Shown one piece after another: positions 1 to 11,489 of a stretch of DNA of 64,000 nt. Position numbers and translations under genes: made by a program. Where the stretch lies: positions 12,369,337 through 12,433,336 of the forward strand of contig CM082586.2 in the NCBI GenBank assembly GCA_040954595.2, read 5' to 3'. The notes beneath the pieces were generated by a model. The model was not told the origin of the DNA, made no database searches, and was given only the letters and a program-made list of their open reading frames with translations. This stretch comes from Balanoglossus misakiensis (lineage: Eukaryota > Animalia > Hemichordata). Within the stretch, counting starts at the first letter, position 1, and every line of letters begins with the position of its first letter.

Positions 1-639
1 GATTTTTACACTCATATCCTACAAACGGGATGGAATTTGTCTGTAGTTGAATGTGGATTCTCAATATATCCACATGTAGAATAATGTGAACGGTGTCTTG
101 TATCAAACATAATTAATGGAAAAAGGTTCGCGCGAGAGAGACTTTGTCCCTTTAATCAGAAATGTCACAGGAATTTGGCGAACAACCTAAGCTCCTTACG
201 CGGATACGGGGCTGGGGAACCGGTACGGATGCCAGACGCCATTATTTGAAATGACGCCATTGTGTTGTCAAGAATTTGGGAAATCCGTCCAAATGAAAAT
301 ATTTAGTGCAATTATATTTTATTAAGTGTTGTTATAAGTAATCTGGGTCATCACTGCACTATTCGGGTACAAGTTCAACAACTGGCCGACTTCTCGTACT
401 GGCCGACTTCTCATACGCGCGTACTGGCCGACTTCTAATCTGGCCGACTTCTCATGTATTCCTATACATTAGTGAAAATTGGGGAAACTGGTGTTTTTCA
501 GACAACTTATGAAGTCCCTTTCGCAATATTAACTCTAAAACAGCGGGTGATATTCCTTTTAAAATTTAACCAAATAAGCATACTTGAACTCTGTCATATC
601 GGCAAAACACTCACTACACAAGCTGCTGTTATTCTACAG

Positions 640-856
640 ACATGACATGTGCTGATTGCGGCGTAGGTAACTACTGTCCAGATGGGTCAGACAGCCCCAT
701 TCCTTGTCCATCAAGTTATTATGCTGACACAGCCACAGAAGTATCCTGTACCCCTTGCGATCCAGGCTGTCAGTGTGCAGCAACATCACCCACTTGCCTG
801 CACATCAAGAACCTACTCTCTGGGACCATCAACAACATGTACTCCCCTTCTACCAG
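640..856 (+). pseudogene. Exon G6, Cys-rich GCC2/GCC3 (Ephrin_rec_like-type) repeats, one frameshift
   Basis: ctacag|AC...CCAG|gtttgt; DMTCADCGVGNYCPDGSDSPIPCPSSYYADTATEVSCTPCDPGCQC.../ACTSRTYSLGPSTTCTP; copies at 19747-19963 and 39298-39514; deleted in copy 4. Confidence 0.8.
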
Positions 857-1658
857 GTTTGTAGTCGTCTTAGTCGTAAAAACATATTTAAGGTGTTGCG
901 CACCTCGAAATAAAGGGTCGTCTGATCATGTTTAAATTAATACTGATGATACTATGACTTCTAAACATTTAATCTATGGAATAAAAATTGGGGGTCAACC
1001 ATCTAGAGTTTTGAAAAAGCGCCCTTTATCTAGCACCTCTTTCAGATTTTGCCAGGCTCGTAGATTTTTGTAAAATGGCCTCAAAAATAAGAATTTTGGG
1101 AGGTTTGTCATATTTTTTCACCATTGTAGAATCTAAATGTTCTGAATTTTGAGATTGATTCATGTTCAGTATGATAATCGCATGTCAATACAACTGTTAC
1201 ATTAAAGGAAAAGTTCAAATCCGCCTAAAACCACATTGCATTGGTACCTAGTTAAGTTGTCCTCACTTCTGACGCAAAATTTTGATGTGCAATGCACGTG
1301 TCTGTGAAATTGACGAATAAAAAAATTGTATACCAGTGCAAAATTAAAAACTCCCTGTGCAGCCATCTTGGCAACTGCATGCTGGGAAAAGTACTCGGAT
1401 GATGACGAAAAAGTTTCGGGGTTCCGTGTAGTGCTACCCCGGAATACAATGTTGGGTGCAGACTACAACTATGGAAAAGAGATGCAGAATGTCATGTGAT
1501 ATAGTAGTGAAAACAAATACACGTTGGTTCACGTATTTCAGCTCTCAGCAATCAGGGTGCATTGAAAGGCCTTGATTGGTGTGATATTCACAATTGATTA
1601 TTATATATACTTACAGTTGTATACTGTTTTATTTTGTAAATATTGTGTACATTTGCAG

Positions 1659-1788
1659 CAATGAATCCGTGCGAACACAAACCTTAACCCATGCCGGAAT
1701 GCTGGTACTTGCCAAGCAATCCAGGGATCTTGTACAGGCGTCACATGTCAATGTGCTGGCTGCTACCTGGGTTTCACATGTGAAACAC
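1659..1788 (+). pseudogene. Exon E1, 8-Cys EGF-like module (frameshift; donor GT>CT in copies 1-2)
   Basis: tttgcag acceptor; MNPC/NPCRNAGTCQAIQGSCTGVTCQCAGCYLGFTCET; donor intact (gtgagt) only in copy 3 (40335-40464); copy 2 at 20784-20907. Confidence 0.85.
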
Positions 1789-2024
1789 CTGAGTACAGTA
1801 CTTTGTCATTTATTAAAAAATCTAAGTGCTGAGGTACATTGTAGTAATAATAGCAGGTGTAGTCATTATCATCATCTTCATCATCATCATCTTTAAGTCA
1901 GTCATATGATCGGTAATAAAAACAGTAAAATCACCAGTATAAAAACATAACAGAGAAATAATGAACGTGTACTGGTGTTACCATAGGTAAGTGTTGTATA
2001 AAATTTTGAATTCCTGTCTTCCAG

Positions 2025-2147
2025 TTCCTAATCCATGCTTCACTAGTCCTTGTCTCAATGGAGGTACCTGCCAACAACAGGCAAATTCTTGTACTGCCAC
2101 CATTGGCATGTGCACAGAGTGTTACTAGGGAACCAGGTGTGAGACAA
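2025..2147 (+). pseudogene. Exon E2, EGF-like module with in-frame TAG
   Basis: ttccag|123 nt|gtaagt; PNPCFTSPCLNGGTCQQQANSCTATIGMCTECY*GTRCET; stop shared by all four copies (21144, 40701, partial ~59603). Confidence 0.88.
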
Positions 2148-2242
2148 GTAAGTTTGAATCTATAGCAGTTAATAATGATAATTATCATTTTTTTTATTAT
2201 GATTTAAACTTCACTGATGTTGTACAAACACAAAAATAGAAA

Positions 2243-2707
2243 TAATAATAATAATAATAATAATAATAATTTATTTGTATAGCGTCAGTATCCACAAAAA
2301 ATGTGATCAATGACGCTTAAAGCAAAAGTACAATACAACAAATGGCTAAAAACAGATTTAAAAAGTAAAGTTTTAACATTTGATTTAAAAACAGATAAGT
2401 CTGGTGCCTGGCGAATGGTGAGTGGAAGATTATTCCAAAGAATTGGAGCAGCAACAGTAAAAGCACGATCACCATAACTCTTGGTGCGTGATCGAACAAG
2501 GCAGAGTTTGAACTGATCAGCTGACCTTAAGTTGCGACACGGAACATATAGATTAGTCATGCTAGAAAGATAGATTGGACCAAGTTTATGAATGGATTTA
2601 AAAATGAGAACTAACATCTTAAAAACAATACGCTCTGTAACAGGTAGCCAGTGCAACTGATACAAAATTGGAGTGATGTGACAGGTGATTTTTGAACGAG
2701 TAACAAT
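2243..2707 (-). mobile_element. 5'-truncated L2/CR1-group LINE, 3' end of ORF2
   Basis: LHWLPV..RI.FK..YGDRAFTVAAPILWNNLP..FK motif; (TAA)n tail; TAGAAA target duplication at 2237-2242 and 2708-2713; empty site in copy 4 (~59794). Confidence 0.92.
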
Positions 2708-2936
2708 TAGAAAGGGACAGCAGCTTAGCTCTATTCCGTTTCCAAAGTGTTTGTTCTTTTAAACTACCTGTGCATTTTTTTATTTATTCTGATTATGCTA
2801 ATATGCTAATTTGTCGGTTTGTCACATCACAATTTTTGTAGGAAACTCACCCCTGGGAATTTTTTTCAGCCACTTACATACATTCATAATCACATGACAT
2901 TGATGATCATGGAAAATTTGACCCTTTTCCTTGTAG

Positions 2937-3059
2937 GACTCAACCAGTGTCCACCAAATCCGTGCCAGAATGGTGGCTTCTGTCAACCGGCTCGAAATTC
3001 CTGCTTTGATCTCACCTGCATATGTACTGGTTGCTACAAAGGTGATAGGTGTGAGATAT
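2937..3059 (+). CDS. Exon E3, intact 8-Cys EGF-like module
   Basis: ttgtag|123 nt|gtaagt, phase 1-1; LNQCPPNPCQNGGFCQPARNSCFDLTCICTGCYKGDRCEI; open at 22060-22182 and 60024-60146; 11-bp deletion in copy 3 (41616-41727). Confidence 0.88.
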
Positions 3060-3613
3060 GTAAGTATACAGCGCAGTCTCTTTTACCTTTTGTCTCTGAT
3101 GCATTCAAATACTGCATGTTTCCTGAGCATAGGTGTAGCCATCACCACAGCAGAGCTTGGAGAGTTCTTGACATCGAATGCAAGATTACACTCTTCCCAA
3201 TCAAAATCACTTTTGTAGCGCATAATGTCTTGATTGTCTTAGTTCAAGAAACATTATGCGCGACTGGCCAATTTTACTGCCTTTTGTCAACGCACATCCA
3301 CTATGGAAATTCTCACTCCAGGCCAGATAGTGTAAATTTGCATATGAGTCTAAAGGTATGCTTGAAGTCAAGTCAAGCATTTGCAAGGAACCCTCCTCCA
3401 GTACACAGGTCTTTGATTTCATGAAGGGAAGCCCTTGCCTCACAGTCACTGCCACATGATCTATGGAGGTGTGAACAACTTGATACCAGCCTAATATAAG
3501 TTGTAGGCACAATCACTCCACACACCCTTGCCATAATTCTGCAAGGTTTTTGCCATATCTGTACTGTAGAATGAGTAGCAATGAATAAAATGGCGTCCTT
3601 TCTTAATTTCCAG

Positions 3614-4633
3614 TGCAAAACCCCTGTGATCCCAACCCATGTATGAATGGCGGATTTTGCCAGCAAACATCGTGCAATTCTATTCATGCCAGTGTGTGAA
3701 CTCTTACACAGGTGACATCTGTCAAACCATAGACCCTAGAGAAAGAAGGACGAGCAACTGCGGCAAAGATCAAAGGGTTTGGGGATTATCTGTATGATGA
3801 TATGATGATGTTCTTTTGCATATAATTAACACCCAGGACAGTTGGACAATGACTTCCTTACTTCGGCACGTGTCGACCCCACCAGTGATGCGAAAACTTG
3901 CCACCAAACTGGCACTCCTGCATTTCAGCAGCCACTGCGTTTTTTTCTAAAATTCTAAAAGTATTACGATGTCTGTGCTAATTATTATGGTTTGGTGTTC
4001 GTCTGTCGGTTGAACGGTCATTTCTAGTGCCACAAGCTTCATTTAAAAATTGTAAACAAATCATCCATGTTTTTTGCATGTCCGACTGGGCACTCATATT
4101 TCTTGGTAACGCTAACACTTTTCTTAATAATTTTATGTTTGTGTGAAGCATTGAAATAAAAAGTGTGGTTTAGGGGCATTTTATTTCGCAGTGCGTGAAC
4201 AATAAAACAGATTTCACGAAAACAATTTGTAAACAAACTGGGTGGATTTTCATGTGTGCGCTATGGCCGCCAGGCAACCCTCGGTACGGTTAGCTCACAA
4301 CCTTGTGAAATACCCGGACTGTTAGACAAAAGATGCTTGTTTTGGACGCTGTCAGACTCAGAGGTGCCAAATTCCTGTTTAACTTGTCCAGATGTGTTCC
4401 ATAAATGATCGCTGCGTTCACCCACGTTGCACTTTTCTCGTCTTCTGCGAGATGTTCTAAGGTGTTTGTGACAACTTCACGCAAAACGCGAGACTTTGCG
4501 TTAGTTTATACACAGTTGATTTGCAAATTGGATTATTGGGATTTACCTGGAAATAATGTATGCAAAAGAACATCATTTCAAGAAAAAACTGGAGTTGCGC
4601 GTCCTTCTTTCTCTAGTGTCCATGGTCAAACAA
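3614..4633 (+). pseudogene. Exon E4, EGF-like module split by a DNA transposon just before its donor
   Basis: QNPCDPNPCMNGGFCQQTSCNFYSCQCVNSYTGDICQT (frame restored from copies 3-4); the last nucleotides and gtgagt donor lie beyond the insertion at 4632-4639. Confidence 0.85.
3728..4624. mobile_element. Non-autonomous TIR DNA transposon, P-element-like (CA..TG termini, 7-bp TSD)
   Basis: ~32-bp TIRs CATAGACCCTAGAGAAAGAAGGACG / CGTCCTTCTTTCTCTAGTGTCCATG; TSD GTCAAAC at 3721-3727 and 4625-4631; copies at 22851-23739, 42396-43284, 60817-61696. Superfamily is inferred from termini and TSD only. Confidence 0.85.
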
Positions 4634-4979
4634 GTGAGTATATACTTTCAAGACACCCTGCAAACAAACAAGCAATCTTCATTCCGTAGATCTTTAAGCA
4701 TATTTATGCATTGTAAATTTTGATGTGAAACTTCAAATTTTATTGGTCTTGTTGCCAAACTTCTGAAGAAATGAGGATATTGTTTTGAAGGGTATTTTAT
4801 CAGTAGATAACAAATACCATGGCCCTCCATGCAAATACCCACATGGTAAATTAAAACTGTTGCAGGTGTATTTGATTTCCACATATGGATTACATGTGGG
4901 ATAATATTGGGTGCTGGCAGTTTCAGTAAATGAACTGCTCTATTGCTGAGATAACAATAGGTTGCACTTTTTATTGCAG

Positions 4980-5102
4980 TCCAAGATCCATGCCAGCGAA
5001 ACAGCTGTCTCAACGGGGCTGTATGTAATGCAGTGGCCAACTCCTGCACGGCATATACCTGTGCCTGTACTGGTTGCTATGAGGGTAACCGTTGTGAAAT
5101 AT
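4980..5102 (+). CDS. Exon E5, intact 8-Cys EGF-like module
   Basis: attgcag|123 nt|gtaagt; QDPCQRNSCLNGAVCNAVANSCTAYTCACTGCYEGNRCEI; copies at 24095-24217 and 43640-43762. Confidence 0.88.
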
Positions 5103-5492
5103 GTAAGTTTCTGACGTACCGTAAATGACAATCTTTTGGGCACTTTCTCTTCATAGCAATTGAATTGTGTGGTAACTTCTCATTTCTAAAATTTCCCCAA
5201 GAGAAAAGAAAGGAAAAGAAAACAGAAATTTCATTTGTATGTCCGTGCAATTTAGGATAGGCACGAACTTGTGAGGAAGTGTACGAAGCTGGATGTTTTC
5301 ATCACTCAAATATACAAGAGTTGCCTCTTGAAGACTAGTGTCTGTAGAGATAATTGTGCATGTGAGGTAATCTCTCCTAAGGTGGTGCACACATCTGAGT
5401 ATTAAGTAAAAGAGACGTCCTTAATTATCCTTACTATTTGGCTTGAAAAATCAATCTTACTAGGTGTTCTGATTAGAGAGGTGTCCATGAGG

Positions 5493-5545
5493 TGACTACA
5501 CCTGTTACTGCCAGTAGTGTTGGACTGGGGCCATCTGTGCCGTAG
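5493..5545 (+). pseudogene. 3' remnant of EGF exon E6
   Basis: DYTCYCQ*CWTGAICAV|gtgtgt; the full exon survives in copy 4 (63343-63465). Confidence 0.8.
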
Positions 5546-5938
5546 GTGTGTCGAATTACTGTTTTATGACACAGCGTGGTATATAAACCCTCATTTTTGG
5601 TATTCTCAATGTGATAGATGGACCCATACACCAATAAATGGGGTGGAAGCATTACTAAGTTTCATCCTTTCAAAATTTGCTGATGTAGGGTCAAAATTGA
5701 GTGTGAGGTGCACGTTAAAAAGGAAAGCCTTCTGTATCATGTTGATGGCACATTTTTTAATTTTTCAAGATTCTTACAGAAAAATCCTAGCAATAGCATC
5801 ATTATGTTATTTTAAATGTACAGGTTTGAAACAAGGAATGAAGACATTGCTCACATATTTAAACGAAATGAACATCACAAGTACATGTACAAGTTTTTGA
5901 CAAGCAGGTAATTGATACTTTCATTTTTGTTTTGGCAG

Positions 5939-6058
5939 CCATTGATCAGTTATACTCTATGCCTTGTCAAAATGGTGGCACATGCGTTGCACGAGACGGC
6001 TGTTTCCTGTTTGACTGTATGTGTACCGAATGCTTCACTGGTGCCACATGTACAATGC
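5939..6058 (+). CDS. Exon E7, EGF-like module (open frame, C1 lost)
   Basis: tggcag|120 nt|gtaagt; IDQLYSMPCQNGGTCVARDGCFLFDCMCTECFTGATCTM; copies at 25054, 44599, and 63860 (2-bp insertion). Confidence 0.82.
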
Positions 6059-6353
6059 GTAAGTACAAACCAATATTATTTTATTCAATGCAAAACACTT
6101 GTTATGTATTATATAATATAAGTACGGTACACATATTAAAGCCCTGGTAACTCAAACTTTGGGCTAGCTTAATGTTATCACTATTTTTGTTTTCGGTTGC
6201 AACTGTGGTTTCTTGTCACACTCTAAAGGATTTCACAGCATTTGGTTTTTCAAAACAGCCCTTTGGTTGTTGTCATGTATACATGTACATGACTGTGGAG
6301 TGTAGTTTGTAGATTCTGTAATTTTGACAATATCTTGACTGCACATCCCACAG

Positions 6354-6476
6354 CTGTCAACCAGTGTCAACCCATCCAGTGTCGGAATGGTGGAAACTGT
6401 GTGCTGACGCCCAATTGGTGTACTAAATTCACATGCTCCTGTACAAGCTGTTACTCCGGCGATTTATGTCAGACAT
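6354..6476 (+). CDS. Exon E8, intact 8-Cys EGF-like module
   Basis: ccacag|123 nt|gtgagt; VNQCQPIQCRNGGNCVLTPNWCTKFTCSCTSCYSGDLCQT; copies at 25469-25591 and 45014-45136; missed by the ORF track. Confidence 0.88.
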
Positions 6477-6854
6477 GTGAGTGATTTTAAATTTCAGATG
6501 AAGAGGAACATAATAACATAACACATAATCGGCTTGGTTTCTTCCAACCTGTATCAAACAGTGAATAACGACACAATTTGGGGGAAATTTATTAAGAATG
6601 TGTGTGCCATAAAAAGGGATTGTGTTTTTGACCAAACAATAACCTGCACCGTATGGTACACTAAGACACTATTACACCTGTGTCAAAATTTCATTACGTT
6701 TCTTTTGTTGAACATGAAAGAAATTTGTCACAGTGATGTTCTGTTGACCAACTGAGATTTTTACCACTCAACCCTGACTGCACAAATCTGTTTAAAGTAT
6801 ATGTAGTAAATATTAACTGTACACAATTTATATCACTTTCTCTTCTGTGCACAG

Positions 6855-6971
6855 ATTTGAATCCGTGTCAGCCCAACCCTTGTCTAAACAGTGGATTCTG
6901 CCAGCAAGTGTCCTGCACCGAGTTCAGATGCCAGAGTCCGCGCTGTTTCATCGGAACCACGTGCGCTGAAC
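6855..6971 (+). CDS. Exon E9, EGF-like module (open frame, C5>S)
   Basis: gcacag|117 nt|gtaagc; LNPCQPNPCLNSGFCQQVSCTEFRCQSPRCFIGTTCAE; copies at 25970 and 45521. Confidence 0.85.
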
Positions 6972-7419
6972 GTAAGCAAACCAGTGTCAGATTTCCCGCA
7001 CAAAGTAGAAATCGCTGGGCTTTGTCATTGATATTGTCTCAATAAAGTTGCCTGTGATTGTGCAGCTAACCAAGAGACTTATATGCACTACCGTAGCCAT
7101 GATGAATATTTTCATTGACTCAAATGCTCATCAGTGTAGATGTTGCTATTTTTCCAACCGTAAATTGAAACATCAGAAAGTTATGACATCAACTACCCCC
7201 ACCCCCACCCCACCCCACCCCCAACTAGTAAATATTATAAGATGCTGTAATTATGATAAAGATGGTAGCACCAAGCTTGGATCAAGTGGTCTTCATTATC
7301 CGTCACACATGAACATGATCACATCGATGTGCAATCTTCTGACAGTCTGCTACAGATTTCACTTCCCACTCAAGTGTGTAAGACCCTAATGTGATACTTT
7401 TCATTTCTCTCACCCTTAG

Positions 7420-7542
7420 CAATCATCCAGTGTCTTCTAAACCAATGTCTGAATAACGGAGTGTATCAGCCACTTCAAGGCTCCTGCTCAATCTACACCT
7501 GCAACTGTCCAACCTGCTACACTGGGCAAACATGTGTTACAT
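7420..7542 (+). CDS. Exon E10, EGF-like module (open frame, C3>Y)
   Basis: ccttag|123 nt|gtaagt; INQCLLNPCLNNGVYQPLQGSCSIYTCNCPTCYTGQTCVT (copy 2-3 reading); copies at 26535 and 46082. Confidence 0.85.
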
Positions 7543-7554
7543 GTAAGTCACAAG

Positions 7555-8900
7555 TTTTTAGGTCCCATTGGTATGTACCATGGGACCTTATGGGATTGGT
7601 TACGTCTGTATGTATGTATGGATGGATGGATGGATGGATGTCTGTATGTCCGTCCACATCAAAAATTTGAAAACCGCAGCGCGTATGACCTCGATATTTG
7701 GTGTGTAGATGCAGGCAGGGCTGTAGATGGGAGTTTGTTCAAATGAAGATGTCATTGCCAAAAATATGCAAATTAGCTGGGAAAATGTGAAATTTGTCAA
7801 AACTCAAAAACTGGACAACCACTGGTCATATTGATTTGAAAATTGGTATGCATGTACCTTATATCAACCTCATACAATCCTGTATGTTTTGAGCTAATAT
7901 TATCGATTTCCTTTTTTTTATGCATTTTTTTGAATTTTTCCATGTTATTGGTAAAAAGTCATTGAAATTTAGTATGAAGCTTCCTAATGGTTGTCTAAGT
8001 AACCATAGTTTTGTTCAAATTGTTGCAAAATGTGCATATCTATAATGTTGAGCAATATTTGCCATTTTTGGTCAAAAAATGTTTTTCTTTAAAACCTCAT
8101 GCCAGATTGCTTTGCAATTTGGTAGGCATGTTCGTAGGGGTAACCTAAATAATATGTTGTAAAAAAATGTGATATTTGCATAAATGTGTTATCGGGGAAA
8201 CTTTTGCAATTTTTGTCAAAAATTGTTTTCTCTGAAACAGCTTGTCCTATTGCTTTGAACTTAGGCAGCATGTTCCTTGTAGTGATTGAAGTAAGATATT
8301 GTACAATTTTGGTGATATTTGCATATTTGGTTTTTGCCATTTTTGAATAAATATTTTCTGTGAAACTGCTTGTTGGATTGCTTTGAAATTAGATTTTTCT
8401 CTGATTGCTTTGAAATTTAGGTTATAATTTCATAACACATACCTGTATATGTGCAACTTTTATTCAATTCTTAGATCACAAAGATTAAATATGTAGCGAG
8501 TTTTTTTTGGTAAGTTTCTTTGTTTTTGGTTAGCAAATCTTCTCCTAAACAAATTGTCCAGTTGTTTTTAAAGTTACTATTTACAAGGAGTTGTTACCTC
8601 GAACAAAGACATGTTTACATAACTTAAATAGGCCAGCTGTTACAGAGACCACCAGCTATCAAATTTTAATTCCCAGTGGCAGGTCAGTGTGTGTCTGTTC
8701 CAGAGCTGACTGAAAGAAGTTGCTTCGCATATGTGTTTGTACAGACAATTTTTGGTCAATTTTTTTTCTAGCACCACTTGTAAGACTGCCATGACACATG
8801 ACAGTTTATTGGGCATGTTCCTTGTTAATGTTTTTACATTCCATATTTCTATATGGTCAGATCATATCTGCTTGCAAATGTCACCTGTAATTTTTATTCT
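7555..8900 (+). mobile_element. HINE/DINE-like (Helentron-associated) non-autonomous element; right end uncertain
   Basis: Starts in a T-run with hairpin TAGGTCCCAT..ATGGGACCT, then (GTAT)(GGAT)n microsatellite and degenerate ~140-bp internal repeats (core ATTGCTTTGAAATT..GCATGTTCC at ~7830, 7960, 8105, 8250, 8375). Confidence 0.55.
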
Positions 8901-9484
8901 GGTGTGTCACTGTTTCCGCATAATCCTCAAATGTCATCAGATCTTCGAATGTGATGAAAACAGTGTGTTTTGAGTGTTTTTTTAAATGACCTTTTGGGTT
9001 AAAAGTGGCAAAAATGGCAATTTTGTCTTGAAAGGGGTCAATAAGACTGACTTTTTTGGAATCAGCACCATTTTTTACATTGAATGGACTAGTCTGCTCA
9101 AACTTTCCTTACCAAAAATTCTGTTTAATCTTCTGAAACATGTATACTAGTATACATGTAGCTGCCTGATAGTTTGCCCTGTGTGTGTAATTGCTGAGTG
9201 ACATAACACATTCTGTGATTGGTGCAGTCACGTAACCACCAATCAGATCGCTTGTTATAAGGAGAACTGCACGACCTTTAACCGCATTAGCATACCTGAT
9301 TTTAGGACTCGATATTACCTCTGAGGACGCAATATTTAAGTTGAAGTTTTTTTCTTTTATCATATTAGAGCAAGAAGACTTGTTTTTTATGTAAAAGAAA
9401 TAGACCCTAATATACAGAGTGCATTTTGAAACGATGGGCAGGTCCGGCCCATAGCCTAATTCTTCATTTTTCTGTCATGCGTAG

Positions 9485-9601
9485 GAATTGATCAGTGCTA
9501 ACAACCCATGTCAAAATGGCAGCACTTGCCAACCCTAACCTCGTGTGTGGCATTGACGTGCACCTGCCAAGGATGCTATACTGGGGAGCGCTGTGAAAAT
9601 T
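9485..9601 (+). pseudogene. Exon E11, 8-Cys EGF-like module with two frameshifts
   Basis: gcgtag|..|gtcagt; IDQC/NNPCQNGSTCQ/LTSCVALTCTCQGCYTGERCEN; copies at 28599 and 48033. Confidence 0.83.
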
Positions 9602-11100
9602 GTCAGTCAGTTTCTTTTGTCAAATTAATCAATATGTGTGGGACTGCTATACATGTATATAAAACAGAATACTGCGATGGAAAATTCTATAACTTAATGT
9701 TTCAGTGGATATATGACTTAAAGTTAGCAGGTTGCAGTAAATTCAACAGAAAGTGTAATTTCCTCTTGTGTGAGCTCTGTGCGACTGTGCCAATGAAAAT
9801 CTCACCACAAACAAAAATGACAGGTATACACTGTATATTAGCAGCTTTGTCTCTGTAATAGCCATAGTGTTTTGAAGTTGAAAACTTGCAAAGTGTGCAG
9901 TTTTATTCACACTACAAAGGAAACATTGTTGAAACGGATTATCTGTGTACATTGTCAAACTGTACACTTGTCGTGAGATTTATTCTCAATTATATTATAT
10001 CATGCTACAGTCCACAATTCTGATTGGACGAGAGTTCAATTCAGCGATGCTAAAATACTCAATAATGCACTGCTGGCAGTGGTAAAACGGGCTTTCTGTT
10101 TGCCACCTGGGTTTGTTCTTTAGGTTGTTGTATGTGTTTACACTCATCATGTTTATTGTAGAACCAGGGTCGATCAGTGAGGCAACTGCTGTTTGTTCTA
10201 TCTGCACTGTTACTCGAGGCCTCCTGCCATTTGATTGTTGTACAGTGAAGCAGTATTCATCTCCCGAGCTGTCTTCCACTTTATGCACAGCTTTGACAGT
10301 TTCATCCTTGTCTACCCTATTTGCCTTGCCTTTTGATCGGCAGCATTTGGCAAAATGGTTATGTTTGCCACACTTCCTGCATGACTTGCCTTTAGCTGGA
10401 CATACTGAGTCATGTGGATAGGTGCCACCACAATAATAACAAGTGGACGGTCCTTTCGCTGGCTGCTGATGAGCTCTCTTTTGTTTATTTGGTTTCGGGC
10501 GTTGGTGGCGCTGTTTTCTGACCGCATTCACAGATGCCGTATCTGCACCATATTTTGGGTTTTCTCCTCAATCCCACTAGCCTGAACCTCTGATACCTCA
10601 AATGAACGGGCTGTACTCAGTAGATTCTCTAGTGTCGTCTCCTCCCGAAGAGCACGACGTCTGAGACGGGCTGATGTGAATCCTCGTATGATTTGTGATT
10701 TGACCTCTTGATCCTTATTGGTGAAGTCACATATGTTTCTGCTAGGCGTTGCAAACAAGTGTGATAGGCATCAATCGATTCGCCGTTGTTTTGTATTGTG
10801 TCTCTGAAGATGAATCGTTCGTATTCAATGTTCCGTTTGGGTGAGAAGTACGACGTAAGCTTTAATTTGGCTGTTTCACAGCTCGTTCCTGTATCTGGTA
10901 GAGTATCAAAGAAGTCGGAAACTTCCTCACCTGCCCAGTGCAATAGCAGTGCACGTTGTCGCTTGTCATCTGTAATGTTGAATGCGACAAATGCGTTTTC
11001 TACTCTAGCCATGTACTTTTTTCCATCTCGTACTGGTGGTTGTCGGATCTGAATGAATAGGAAAACTCGGCATTGACGGCTAGCTGATTCTCCATGTTCT

Positions 11101-11115
11101 CCGTCCTCGTCGCCA
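11101..11115 (-). promoter_or_regulatory. Primer-binding site complementary to tRNA-Ser(GCT) 3' end
   Basis: Minus strand TGGCGACGAGGACGG; animal tRNA-Ser(GCT) ends ...CCATCCTCGTCGCCA (recalled, one mismatch). Confidence 0.75.
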
Positions 11116-11117
11116 AA

Positions 11118-11288
11118 TATAGAATCGTGGGTGGGCAATAATGACAACACGAGACACCAAGTCCGGCATGTAAGAGTGAGAGTGCTTAGCCTCGTTCACG
11201 CACTTTATTCATAATGACCCGAATGTTGCATTACGTCATTTTACAGAATGTATAAAGTATAGATGCTCACCAGTGTTTGGACACTACA
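11118..11288 (-). repeat. 171-bp 5' LTR of the gypsy element
   Basis: Minus strand reads TGTAG...CTATA (near-inverted termini), contains AATAAA, and is followed after 2 nt by the PBS. Confidence 0.75.
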
Positions 11289-11489
11289 ATATACATGTGA
11301 CTGCAGTGTCTTTCCAATCATGAATTTGCAAGGTGTCCTTCAGAGAAAATCTTCTGATTCTCTTTTCTGATTTGCTTTGCATATATAACTTAATGATCTC
11401 ATTTGTTGGAATTCCCTGTCTCAAATTTTTGATGATCAGTCTCTGCCCAATTGCTCATCGTCCCAACTTTCTTGTGTATTGAAAACCAG

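Larger units (their letters stand above)
10085..11288 (-). mobile_element. Truncated Ty3/gypsy LTR retrotransposon (Mag/SURL-like): 5' LTR, PBS, frameshifted gag, start of protease
   Basis: Gag WKKY..RALLLH..G..LTSYFSPKRNIEYERFIF; twin zinc knuckles CYYCGGTYPHDSVC and CRKCGKHNHFAKCC; protease-like LIDPGSTIN; copies at ~29200-30401 and ~48630-49835. Confidence 0.9.

Noticed and set aside
381-455. CTGGCCGACTTCTC repeats as a CRISPR-like array
   Set aside because: Repeats are ~15-17 bp with 2-9 nt gaps, mirrored in inverted orientation ~900 bp away, with no cas genes and a eukaryotic context; they are subterminal transposon repeats
2125-2130. Conserved in-frame TAG/TAA codons as recoding (read-through or an alternative genetic code)
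   Set aside because: They coexist with frameshifts, lost splice sites and lost cysteines; single-base nonsense mutations inherited through duplication explain them
2819-3424. 201-aa ORF as a single-exon gene
   Set aside because: It starts at TTG and only the 123-nt splice-bounded E3 portion is protein-like; the rest is intron read-through, conserved only because the duplication is recent
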